Shown: piece by piece, positions 29,582 through 40,017 of the stretch
Layout of the letters: each line of letters opens with the position of its first letter
Numbering within the stretch: the first letter of the stretch is position 1
Source: Bugula neritina
Taxonomy: Eukaryota; Animalia; Bryozoa
NCBI GenBank assembly: GCA_964035545.1
Contig: OZ037767.1
Location: 12,695,801-12,759,800 of the forward strand
DNA length: 64,000 nucleotides
Direction of reading: 5' to 3'
Translations under genes and position numbers: made by a program
The notes under the pieces: generated by a model
Databases searched by the model: none
Told to the model about the DNA's origin: nothing
Seen by the model: the letters and a program-made list of their open reading frames with translations, nothing else

Positions 29582-32500
29582 ATGCCTCTAAATTATCGCA
29601 TGGATCGACTTTCTGGCAGAATTGTTGGATCTAGCTCCAAATCAGCTTATAGTCCTAAGGTAAGTTCAACTTGAACTTGAAGAATAAAAACTGAAATAAA
29701 GAATAAAAAATCAAAATCAAAATGATTCAATCAAATTTAACTTCAACTTTGGTCTTTAGGTTTTACTTCCAGTTTGACTTTGAACTTCAGTTATTTTTAG
29801 GTTGAAGTGAAGCAAAGTCGTTTAACTTATTGAATAACTGAGTTATTCAGTTATGCCTATGAGATAATGATTATCAATAACAGACAATATCATAATTATT
29901 AATATTAAATAATATTATTATATAATATTAATTTAAATTATAATGCTAATACTAATATTAATACTAATTGTAAATGTAATACTAATAGTAATACTAATAG
30001 TAATGTTAATAGTAATAGTATTGTAATGGATTTTCACCCTCTTTTAGTTTCGAAATAACAGCGTGCAACAGTATATTATAAATACTGTTGCGTATCATTC
30101 TTAATTCTGTAATTATAGTTAAGTAAGTTAGCTTGCTAATGCCTAAGTATGGTAATTACTGTTAAAGCTCAACATAATGTAATTTTACTGAAATACGCAT
30201 TCTGAAGTTATGTAATATTTCTTGTACTAATGTTGCGTATCAATTTTTATGCTGTAATTGTGTAGTAGATTTTTGCATGTACTTGTTTCCGGTTCCGAGA
30301 TCGGCATTTCGGTTTTCCGAAATGCCGAAAATCGGCATTTCGGGCTACCGAAAGCCCGAAATGCCGATTTTCGGTATTTCGGGCCTCCGATCTCGGCAAC
30401 AATGAAAAAGCACTGTATCTTGTTGTATATAAAAGCCAGCAAGCTCCAGTGTAGTTCAGTCTACTACTGGAGCTCACTGGCAGAGGACCTTCACTATTAT
30501 ATATAATTCGACTAAATAAAGATTTCTTCAACTATACAATACATCTTGTTCTCTTTAACAAAGAGTATGTTCAGGCACTAGTTCTATTCAACCCACAAAA
30601 ATATCACAGTATTACTATTAGTATTACAGTATTACTATTAGTATTACAGTATTACTATTAGTATTACAGTATTACTATTACTATGGTTATTACTATTAGT
30701 GATACTATTACATTTACTGTATTAGATTACTAAAATTAATATTGTAGTAGTAACACTAACTGTAATAATATTTATATTCAGTTTATATACTTATAGTTTA
30801 TTATTTAGTAATACTATTAATACTAGTATTACTATTAGTATTACTATTAGTAATACAAATTATAAGTATAATACTAAGTATTACATTACTAACACATTGC
30901 TGCTTGCATATTATATTTATCTTATGGGTTATTGTCATGTATGATATTAATATATGATTATTCAATATTGATATATTAATATAATAATGTTGAATTTGAT
31001 TTTGATAATAATACTATTAGTAATACTAATACTAAATATAATACTAATACTGTAATGGTATACTGATAGGAATACTTGTATTATTAGTAATACTATTACT
31101 TGTACTAGTACTAATAGTAATAGTAATGCAGTAATACTACTAGTACTAGTATTACTACTAGTAGAGTACTCCTACTAGTACTACTACTAGTATTCGTTAG
31201 TTTCATTATGATTATCATTATGATGACCATGATGATTATCAAATTCAACATCATGATAATTTATAACAAGTTTATAATAATTCATATAATATTAACAGTA
31301 ATGACTAAAAATATTACCATGATTTATTACATTTACTATATTTATCAGTTTATAGTAATGTCACAAATTCTGAGTGTACATATATCTATAGACCTACCAG
31401 GTTTTTCCTAATGATTATACAGGAATGTTCATAAATATTCTAGACTAATCAAAGAGATGGGTCATTGTTCATTGTTACTGTTTTGGTTAGTCATGTTAAC
31501 TACTGCCCAGCAATGTAAACAAGGTATTGCGCAATAATTGCGAAATAACCATGGAAATTCCAATGTTTTGTTTTGTTTTGATTTTCTATAAATAGTATTG
31601 GCATGTGGGGAATGTTTTCTACTAGAATCTTCTGTACTGGAATGCTTGAGAATATTCTAGAGCTTTTTGTTTACTATAAATACTGAGGCAGTTGTGTTTA
31701 CAGTTCAGTTCATTCTCGCAGTTCCTTTTTATAAGTTCATTCTCGGAGTTCCTTTTTATAAGTTCATTCTCGGAGTTCATTCTCGCAGTTCATTCTTGGA
31801 GTTCATTTTTATAAGTTCATCTGTGCATGTCTTACTAGAGAAATAAAGTCTACTCTATTTACTCTCAACTGGATTAGCAAGCTGTATGCTACTTGTCTCT
31901 ATACTTCTGACTACCAGACTTTTCGAACTCGTCACACTGCTACCAACAGTTTTGTGACAATTGGGGGCTGCTCCGGGAAGTCTCAGTCGCACACAGGGAA
32001 GTTATTAGTTATAACGTGAGTATACACAGGATTAATTAACAGTTGTTGAGACATTATGGCGTTGTTGGAGAGAGTGACACAGATGGGTAAAGATCTTGGA
32101 CTGGTGAATGACAAGCTCGTAGCTTTTGTTGAAAAGAACCTACCCATTGTTGCTGCACAAGAAGAAAAAGAAAAGGACCGAGAGGAAAAAGAAAAGGACC
32201 GAGAAGAGCGTAGATTAGAGCGTGAGGCAGAAAAGATAAGGCAAGAAAATGAGAAAGCCTTAATGGAGATGAAGATAAAAGCTGATCAGGAGGCAATGGC
32301 ACTCAAGGTTAAAGCTGATCAGGAGGCAGAAGAGAGAAGACAACGGCATGAATTAAATATGGAAAAGCTGAAAGCTGACACAAGTTTGGAGCACTCAAGA
32401 CATGAGAGCACCAGGTTAGAAATAGCTAACAAACCAAAACCAAAAATACCATTCTTTGATGAGAAGGTGGACGAAATGGATAGCTATTTAGAGCGGTTCG

Positions 32501-35500
32501 AGTGGGTTGCCGAAGGATGTAACTGGGACAAGGGAGATTGGCCCTACCATCTCAGTCAGTACCTAAGGGGTACAGCAACAGAAGCTTACATCCGGTTGTC
32601 ACCTACCGATCGTAGAGATTATAAAAAAGTCAAAGAAGCCTTATTGGAGCGCTTTAACTTGACTCAAGAGGGCTACAGAAAAAAGCTCAGAGAGGCAGAA
32701 GCTTACGAGGATGAAACTCCTTCCCAACTATTCACTAGGATAGAAAGTTATGTGCACAAGTGGGTAGAACTTTCAGGGGGCATGGACATAGCCAAACTAG
32801 TGGCGACTGAACAATTTATATCATCATGCCCAGACGACCTAGCTGTGCATTTAAAGCAAAGTTCCTACAACAGCAGTGAGGATATGTGTGATGCAGCGTC
32901 ACTGTTTTTGCACGCCCGTGGAAGAAAACTAGCAAAGACTAAGAAAACTAATATAAAAAGGATGGAAAACACACCCACCGGTAGCATGAATGCTGAACAA
33001 GGAAGTAAAAGTGAGGGTGCATGTTTCATCTGCAAAGATAAGTCACACATTGCTCGTAATTGCCCACGGCGAGGGAAGAAGTACTGTTCACATTGCAAGA
33101 TTAACAACCACAATACTTCCGACTGCAGAAAGTATGGTGGGAGGTCAGTGCATGCTGCTGCTGCAATAGCGACTACTCAGAATAAGACTGTGGTCACAGA
33201 TCCAGGAATCTCATCTAAAGGGGAAGAACCTACGGAAATCACAGTTAATGGTAAAAAGTTTGTCAACGCTGCTGTCTGCAAGAATGGACCTAAATTCAAA
33301 GATGGGGGCACAGCAATATTTGATGCGGAAGTCAATGGCCAACGAGCTACTGTAATGCGCGACACCGGCTGTGGTTGCATTGTAGTCAATGCAAAGTATG
33401 TGCAACCTCAACATTTAACTGGAGAATCAGTTTATCTGAATATGGCTGATGCAAGTGTTAGAGAGGCTCAGTGGGCACTTATCTCAGTGCGCTCACCATT
33501 TTACAATGGTGTCGTCAAAGCTGCAGTAATGGACAAGACGATTTGTGACCTGCTCATTGGGAATGTGGATGGAGCGAGATCAGCTGACCAGCCACTGGAA
33601 AACTGGAAGGACTGCGCCGTAACCACAAGAGCTCAGGCTGTCAAGGAAAAGTCAGGAGACAAACCACTGAAGATTGATTCAAATACTAACCCATTAAGTA
33701 TAGGGAAAGATGAAATAGCCAGATTGCAGAGGGATGACCCCACATTGGAACGTTTCTTTTATGCAAAAGAAGTGAAGGAGAAAAAGGGATGCACCACTAG
33801 GTTTGTGGTGAGGAATAAGATTCTGTACCGTGAGTACACCGACTCGAAGTCTGTCAGTGTAAAACCTGTTAAACAACTCATGGTACCCAGTTCTCTGAGG
33901 AAGGAAGTTCTACAGAAAGCTCATGACTGCATAATGAGCGGACACCTAGGAGTAAAGAAAACCACTGATAGAGTGCTTTCCAACTTCTTCTGGCCAGGAC
34001 TAAACGGAGATGTCGTACGTTTCTGTCAATCATGTGACATTTGCCAGAAGACGGTGAAAAAAGGCTCAGTCATGAAAGTTCCAGTACAGGAAACACCACT
34101 AATTGACACCCCATTCAAGAGATGTGCGATAGACCTAGTCGGACCAATTAACCCTCCAAGTGAGAGAGGACACCGCTACATCCTAACTTTAGTTGACTAT
34201 GCTACAAGATACCCTGAAGCTACACCATTGAAGAACATTGACTCAGCTACTGTAGCTGAAGCGCTGCTTGACATATACAGTCGTGTTGGGATACCAGAGG
34301 AGGTGATAAGCGATCAAGGAACTCAATTCATCTCGGACTACATGAAAGAGTTTACCAGATTACTTGACATGCGACAACTTCCTACTTCACCATACCATGC
34401 AATGGCCAATGGACTTGTGGAAAAGTTCAACGGAACCCTCAAGAGTATGTTAAAAAAGTTGTGTGCTAAAGAGCCAAGACAGTGGCATCGGTTCATCAAT
34501 GCAGCTCTATTTGCATATAGAGAAGTCCCACAGGAATCAACAGGCTTCGCCCCATTCGAGTTACTCTATGGAAGAACTGTGCGTGGACCAATGTACATCC
34601 TGCGACAACTTTGGACAAAAGAAGACACTGCCGATGAAGTCAAGACCTGCTATCAACATGTTTTTGAATTGAGAGAGCGTTTAGATGACATGATGGAAAT
34701 GGCACTAGCTTCGCTAAAAGACAGTCAAAAAAGATACAAACACTATTTTGACAAGAAAGCTAAGCAGAGAGACTTCAAATCTGGTGACAAAGTGCTCATT
34801 CTTCTACCTACGGATGGAAATAAATTGCTGATGCATTGGCAAGGACCATTCAATATTGAGGAGAAAGTCAGACTGAATGACTACATTATCAACATTAGAG
34901 GCAAGAGGAGAACATACCATGCCAACATGCTGAAGAAATATTTTGAGCGGGAGACGCCTACCGACTCTATGACTGGAGCTGTGAGGACTCTAGATGCTGC
35001 TGGTGCTGGAATTATTGATCACGATAAGGAAAGAGAAGAATGCCAAAATGATTTGTTGGATCTGTACAGTAAGAAACAGCAGAGTGATGAGATGGGCTAT
35101 GTATTTACAGAACTTCAGAATCAAGGTGGAGTCAATCAAAGGAAAGGACAATGTTGGAGCTGATTATCTAAGCCGAATTGACTCAGAATTTTAAGTAGTT
35201 AGGAGAAATGATCAAGATAATTTCTCTTAGAATGGGGGGTTGTCACAAATTCTGAGTGTACATATATCTATAGACCTACCAGGTTTTTCCTAATGATTAT
35301 ACAGGAATGTTCATAAATATTCTAGACTAATCAAAGAGATGGGTCATTGTTCATTGTTACTGTTTTGGTTAGTCATGTTAACTACTGCCCAGCAATGTAA
35401 ACAAGGTATTGCGCAATAATTGCGAAATAACCATGGAAATTCCAATGTTTTGTTTTGTTTTGATTTTCTATAAATAGTATTGGCATGTGGGGAATGTTTT

Positions 35501-37565
35501 CTACTAGAATCTTCTGTACTGGAATGCTTGAGAATATTCTAGAGCTTTTTGTTTACTATAAATACTGAGGCAGTTGTGTTTACAGTTCAGTTCATTCTCG
35601 CAGTTCCTTTTTATAAGTTCATTCTCGGAGTTCCTTTTTATAAGTTCATTCTCGGAGTTCATTCTCGCAGTTCATTCTTGGAGTTCATTTTTATAAGTTC
35701 ATCTGTGCATGTCTTACTAGAGAAATAAAGTCTACTCTATTTACTCTCAACTGGATTAGCAAGCTGTATGCTACTTGTCTCTATACTTCTGACTACCAGA
35801 CTTTTCGAACTCGTCACACTGCTACCAACAGTTTTGTGACAAGTAAAATTAGAAGTAGAAGTTAAATATATTAAAATTAAATTTTTAATTTTATGTTCAT
35901 CATTCATATCAATATTTTTAGTTTCATCAACTGCTGAGGGTTAAGGCCAACTTATAATGCTGCTAGTAGTAGTAGTGGTAGTAGTAGAAGTAGTAGTAGT
36001 AGTGGTAGTGGTGGTGGCGGCAGCCGTAGTAATTATAATAGCAAATTATATTTAAAATTAAATTTTATGGTTAAATTAGTAAACTTAAACATTAAGTTTA
36101 GCTATTAGTTGAATGATAAATTTAGTATTAAATTTAAAGTAGCTAATTAATTATTTAAAAATGGTTATAAATTGAAGCTAAAACTTATATACCAATATAT
36201 TACTTATAGTTATCAATTGTGCGTAAGTCTGTGGTTTCAGCATTATCATTCAAATTGTCACAAATACTTGATATTTATTGACATTGTGATTAGTGCAATA
36301 TTGTTATATATGGATTATGTAAAGTATCCTTTTGTCATGTAGGGATTTTTTCCGGTGGAGCCCATACCAGTAATGAAAATGTCAGCATCTGAGAAAGCTA
36401 TACCTGTACGAAGTATGTATTTTCAATTATCTACTTTAGTTTGTAGTGCAATTTTTATTTAAAACTATTAATCATGTATATAGTTGGTATCACATGACAT
36501 GTCTAGGAATGTAAACTCAATATAGTCAAAGATTCTATACGCTAGGTGTCGCTGATATGAGGACTGCTCTGGAGCCACCAAAGAAAATTGCACAGACTGA
36601 AATAATGGGCAAGTTTCCAGACAACCCAACATATAGAAGACTGCAGGAGTTTCAGCGTATTATGAGTGTAAGTATGACCACTGTAGTGTATATCAGTGTA
36701 AGTATAGTGTATAGTATTGTAAGTATAGTGTATAGTATTGTAAGTATAGTGTATAGTATTGTAAGTATAGTGTATAGTCATGTAAGTTTAGTGTATAGTA
36801 TTCTAAGTATAGTGTATAGTATTGTAAGTATAGTGTATAGTAACGTTAGTATAGTGTATAGTAACGTAAGTATAGTGTATAGTGATGTAAGTTTAGTGTA
36901 TAGTAACGTAAGTATAGTGTATAGTAACGTAACTGTAGTGTATAGTAATGTTAGTGTAGTGTATAGTAATGTAAGTATAGTGTATAGTAACGTAAGTATA
37001 GTGTATAGTAACGTAAGTATAGTGTATAGTAATGTAAGTGTAGTGTATAGTAACGTAAGTATAGTGTATAGTAATGTAAGTGTAGTGTATAGTAACGTAA
37101 GTATAGTGTATAGTAATGTAAGTGTAGTGTATAATAACATAAATATACTATTTTCAAAAGACCATCCCCACTCCAGGGCAGACAACTTTCAAAATCCCAA
37201 AACGTTTTCATGAAAAACTGCTTTTAATAGTTGGATTGTGGGTGGAAATTATGTTTATAATTTTGTTATTAAACCTTCATTACCAATTATTGCTTGGGTA
37301 CTATAAATCTATCAAATAATTGTTTCAACAAAAGCGTAGCTATAATAACTGAGAAAAGTCCTTATGTACCAGTTATATGCTGCAGAATCAGATTGGTGCT
37401 ACTGTCTTGCTTCTCTTACAGAAACCTGATGGAAAGCTGGTCTGGGAGAAACTACCTAGAGATGTATTTGCATTTAGATTTACGATGTTGCTGTGCGCAG
37501 GTGGTATGGCACTCCTTGCCAATACCTACTACAAGATGGCTTATGGCATCAAACCAGAATCATAA
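29582..37565 (+). CDS. COX7A2L: Cytochrome c oxidase subunit 7A-related protein (COX7A2L/SCAF1-like), 4 exons, 137 aa
   Basis: Exons 29582-29659, 36343-36412, 36546-36667 and 37422-37565 are phase-consistent. Protein: MPLNYRMDRLSGRIVGSSSKSAYSPKGFFPVEP...RRLQEFQRIMSKPDGKLVWEKLPRDVFAFRFTMLLCAGGMALLANTYYKMAYGIKPES. It resembles recalled human COX7A2L (AYSPQG; ELQKFFQKADGVPVYLK...TMALTVGG) and has one C-terminal TM helix. Confidence 0.85.
30292..30400. repeat. GC-rich nested palindrome in COX7A2L intron 1
   Basis: 30-bp stem at 30317-30346/30353-30382 with one mismatch, inside outer arms gttccgagatcgg / ccgatctcggcaac. Confidence 0.85.
31359..31959 (+). repeat. 5' LTR
   Basis: TG...CA ends, TATAAATA at 31675, AATAAA at 31842. 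No difference from the 3' LTR found by eye. Confidence 0.97.
31962..31978 (+). promoter_or_regulatory. Primer-binding site, tRNA-Pro type
   Basis: TGGGGGCTGCTCCGGGA, 2 nt after the LTR. It matches the tRNA-Pro PBS TGGGGGCTCGTCCGGGA except for a CG/GC swap. Confidence 0.85.
32056..35163 (+). CDS. Gag-protease-integrase polyprotein, 1035 aa, no reverse transcriptase
   Basis: Coiled coil; SCAN-related capsid (YLERFE...W...ALLERFNLTQEGYRKKLR); two CCHC knuckles (CFICKDKSHIARNC, CSHCKINNHNTSDC); aspartic protease (RDTG); integrase HHCC (AHD...GHLG...CDIC), DDE core (IDLVGP, SDQGTQF, GLVEKFN) and WQGPF. No YxDD motif. Confidence 0.95.
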   Translation: MALLERVTQMGKDLGLVNDKLVAFVEKNLPIVAAQEEKEKDREEKEKDREERRLEREAEKIRQENEKALMEMKIKADQEAMALKVKADQEAEERRQRHELNMEKLKADTSLEHSRHESTRLEIANKPKPKIPFFDEKVDEMDSYLERFEWVAEGCNWDKGDWPYHLSQYLRGTATEAYIRLSPTDRRDYKKVKEALLERFNLTQEGYRKKLREAEAYEDETPSQLFTRIESYVHKWVELSGGMDIAKLVATEQFISSCPDDLAVHLKQSSYNSSEDMCDAASLFLHARGRKLAKTKKTNIKRMENTPTGSMNAEQGSKSEGACFICKDKSHIARNCPRRGKKYCSHCKINNHNTSDCRKYGGRSVHAAAAIATTQNKTVVTDPGISSKGEEPTEITVNGKKFVNAAVCKNGPKFKDGGTAIFDAEVNGQRATVMRDTGCGCIVVNAKYVQPQHLTGESVYLNMADASVREAQWALISVRSPFYNGVVKAAVMDKTICDLLIGNVDGARSADQPLENWKDCAVTTRAQAVKEKSGDKPLKIDSNTNPLSIGKDEIARLQRDDPTLERFFYAKEVKEKKGCTTRFVVRNKILYREYTDSKSVSVKPVKQLMVPSSLRKEVLQKAHDCIMSGHLGVKKTTDRVLSNFFWPGLNGDVVRFCQSCDICQKTVKKGSVMKVPVQETPLIDTPFKRCAIDLVGPINPPSERGHRYILTLVDYATRYPEATPLKNIDSATVAEALLDIYSRVGIPEEVISDQGTQFISDYMKEFTRLLDMRQLPTSPYHAMANGLVEKFNGTLKSMLKKLCAKEPRQWHRFINAALFAYREVPQESTGFAPFELLYGRTVRGPMYILRQLWTKEDTADEVKTCYQHVFELRERLDDMMEMALASLKDSQKRYKHYFDKKAKQRDFKSGDKVLILLPTDGNKLLMHWQGPFNIEEKVRLNDYIINIRGKRRTYHANMLKKYFERETPTDSMTGAVRTLDAAGAGIIDHDKEREECQNDLLDLYSKKQQSDEMGYVFTELQNQGGVNQRKGQCWS
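35065..35194 (+). pseudogene. Out-of-frame C-terminal remnant of RNase H
   Basis: Alternative frame reads NSRVMRWAMYLQNFRIKVESIKGKDNVGADYLSR, the typical end of Ty3/Gypsy RNase H. It lies after integrase, which implies the Gmr1 order PR-IN-RT-RH. Confidence 0.88.
35241..35841 (+). repeat. 3' LTR, preceded by polypurine tract AGAATGGGGGG
   Basis: Direct repeat of 31359-31959, followed by TSD AGTAA. Confidence 0.97.
36668..37135 (+). repeat. 21-bp minisatellite (gtaagtatagtgtatagtaay)n starting at the COX7A2L exon-3 donor
   Basis: About 21 copies, most starting with GTAAGT. Confidence 0.93.
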
Positions 37566-40017
37566 ATATCTGCAGCTGTATTATAACTAACTTATGTACC
37601 GTAGTATGTGCATCTCACTCTCTTGATTGTGTATGCTCTTACAGGATGTCAATATATTTTGTATTGTCTGAATTGTTGTGACCGAATAATGTTTGGTTAA
37701 AATATACATTTAATTTATCATTAGAATTGTCTTCTCAGTTGAAAGCGTTTGTTCAATGCTAGTCATTTCTAATTGTCTGATGTAAATACTCAGTCTTGTT
37801 ATGTGATAGTTTTATACAGCATAAGCCTTGTGCTGTGCTGAGGCTGGGTTTCTGCATCTTGGGCCATTCATTTTACATATTATGCAATGAGAAGTTGCTC
37901 TCACTTGTTTGAATAAGAGCAACTCCTAACTTGAACCACGTGGTTACCATTTAGGTTTCACATTTGTAAATGAACCAGGTTGTAAAGGTTGTAGAAGTAC
38001 CAGGTTGTAAAGGTTGTAGAAGTACCAGGTTGGCAAAGTTTTTTAAAGGTTGTTAACAATCCTCTTCGGATCCTATAGATCAAATAATAAAGATAAACAA
38101 CAACCAGTGCATCTTCTTGAACCTAGTAGCGTTTTTGAATAAATGAGTAAACTGTACAGTGTGTAATAGTCTCATGCCCTATATATGTTACCAGAAGCAA
38201 CTGGAAGTGGTTAGCAACTGGACATAAGTCAAAAGGATATGGAGTAAAACTCATAGCTAATTTATTACAGTGCTCCCTCCACATCTCACTAAGCTGCCCG
38301 AAACCTTAATTCATGACATAGTAGAATACCAGATTTAACTGACTGATCTAGTAAATCTGGCCAATTTGCCTCTATAAACATATATATAAGCCAGAAAACT
38401 AGGGTCCAACCCCTTAGAACTAAGCTATAGGTTCAACTTTTTCACACCTAACTGAAAGTATGGAAAACATTAATAGTTTATGATAAATTTAGCCATTTTG
38501 AATTTACTACTTCCCATTTTGGATTCACTATGGTGCTAAGATTTAATACGTATGATTTAAACATTGCATGTATCTTGTGTGGTCATAACTCATAAACCAG
38601 CTGAAAAAATTATTGTTTTCTGGCAGGTGTATGAAAGTTTTTTAATATTTTAAAGTTGTCTAACCTTAAGTCTCCACACTTCCTCAGGGAAAGCTATCTT
38701 GAAATATGCTATAAATATATTATTATGTGGGCACAATAGATACTCTACACTCTACAGAATAATTTAATCATTAGAGTATATAACAATCTTCTCACCTTTC
38801 TCATCTATTTCCTGTGTCGGTATACATATAACAATATGCTGCTACTAAAGCATATTTAAAAGGTGTGTAAACTCAAGCCAGAGAGCTGGAAAGACTCTAT
38901 GCAAGGACTCACCTAGGAGTCATGAGCCTTGCAAAATACTCGCAGTTTAAGAGTTTGTGACCATGGTGAGAGAGCTCTATCACTGAATGTCATTGCTTAG
39001 CATAATGTGAGAGCATTATATCTCAATCTGTGGACAGCAACTGTTTTGGGATTTATATAATTATAATTATATAGCGCCATTCAAGTAGTCAGTCTAGCTG
39101 ACGTCAGAGCTCTTCCTTGCCATGTGACATTACCATTACCACACATTTTTGTGGAGATGTCCCAAATGCTCACACTTATTACAGATAAATTCCACATGGA
39201 ATTAAAAATGGAACTTAATCAGGATATCTGCTATTCCAGAGTGTTCCTTGCATCCAAAGGCTTACACTGTGTATTAATCTTATATTTCCTTAATATTGTC
39301 TCTCCAGCCATTGTTATTCCATTATTTATACTAACGTACTATCATTACAAAGTAAGGATTTTATTTCGAGAGATGGCATATTTATTGTCTATATGAACTG
39401 ACCACGTAGTAGAAAACCAAATGCACAGAATATGAGAATAAAAATGGATACATGAGGAGATAAATTATAAAAATATATATAATATAATAGACTGTATCTG
39501 AGTAATAGAAGTAAACCATGTTGATTAAAATATTTCAGCTTCAAATCTTAATGCAAGCCGAAAATTTATAAAAGTGACACATGCACTTTATTCAGTGAGT
39601 TACAGGAAATACTATTATGGTAGTTTATAGCTAAACATGTTATGTGAGAATTGACATACAACAGATATGAAATACTGGTAGAGATAGTTAACTGAACTAT
39701 TAAGTCCGCATTAAAGCTTCAACTTGGTAGCAGTAGTCAATGTTTTAATCAAGTTGCATTCAAGATAAGTAACATTGACTAATAACGGCTAATGTAATAT
39801 AGCCGAAAGCATCAATGTGGACCCAACCACACAAAACATGTAAATAAAACAATTTGTCAACCTGAATAAAAATACATTTAATAGGTATACTTCAAATTAC
39901 ACTTTGCTGCTTAAAAGTATAGAAAATATGAGATATGTTGCCACAGAGGGTGGAGATAGAGATATGGTACCGGGATTTCCTAGGCTACAGAGCTAAATGT
40001 TTAACCAGACGAGCTTT

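Larger units (their letters stand above)
31359..35841 (+). mobile_element. Gmr1-like Ty3/Gypsy LTR retrotransposon, internally deleted (lacks RT and most of RNase H)
   Basis: Two 601-bp LTRs (31359-31959, 35241-35841) with TGTCACAAA...TTTGTGACA ends, 5-bp TSD AGTAA (31354-31358 and 35842-35846), PBS, PPT and one long ORF. Confidence 0.97.

Noticed and set aside
32056-35163. Domesticated gene or Ginger-type DNA transposon interpretation of the integrase ORF
   Set aside because: It is flanked by LTRs, PBS, PPT and a 5-bp TSD and retains an RNase H remnant, so it is a retrotransposon deletion derivative.
34994-35194. Programmed frameshift into a functional second ORF
   Set aside because: The second frame holds only the last ~40 aa of RNase H, without its main catalytic residues; a deletion junction explains it better.
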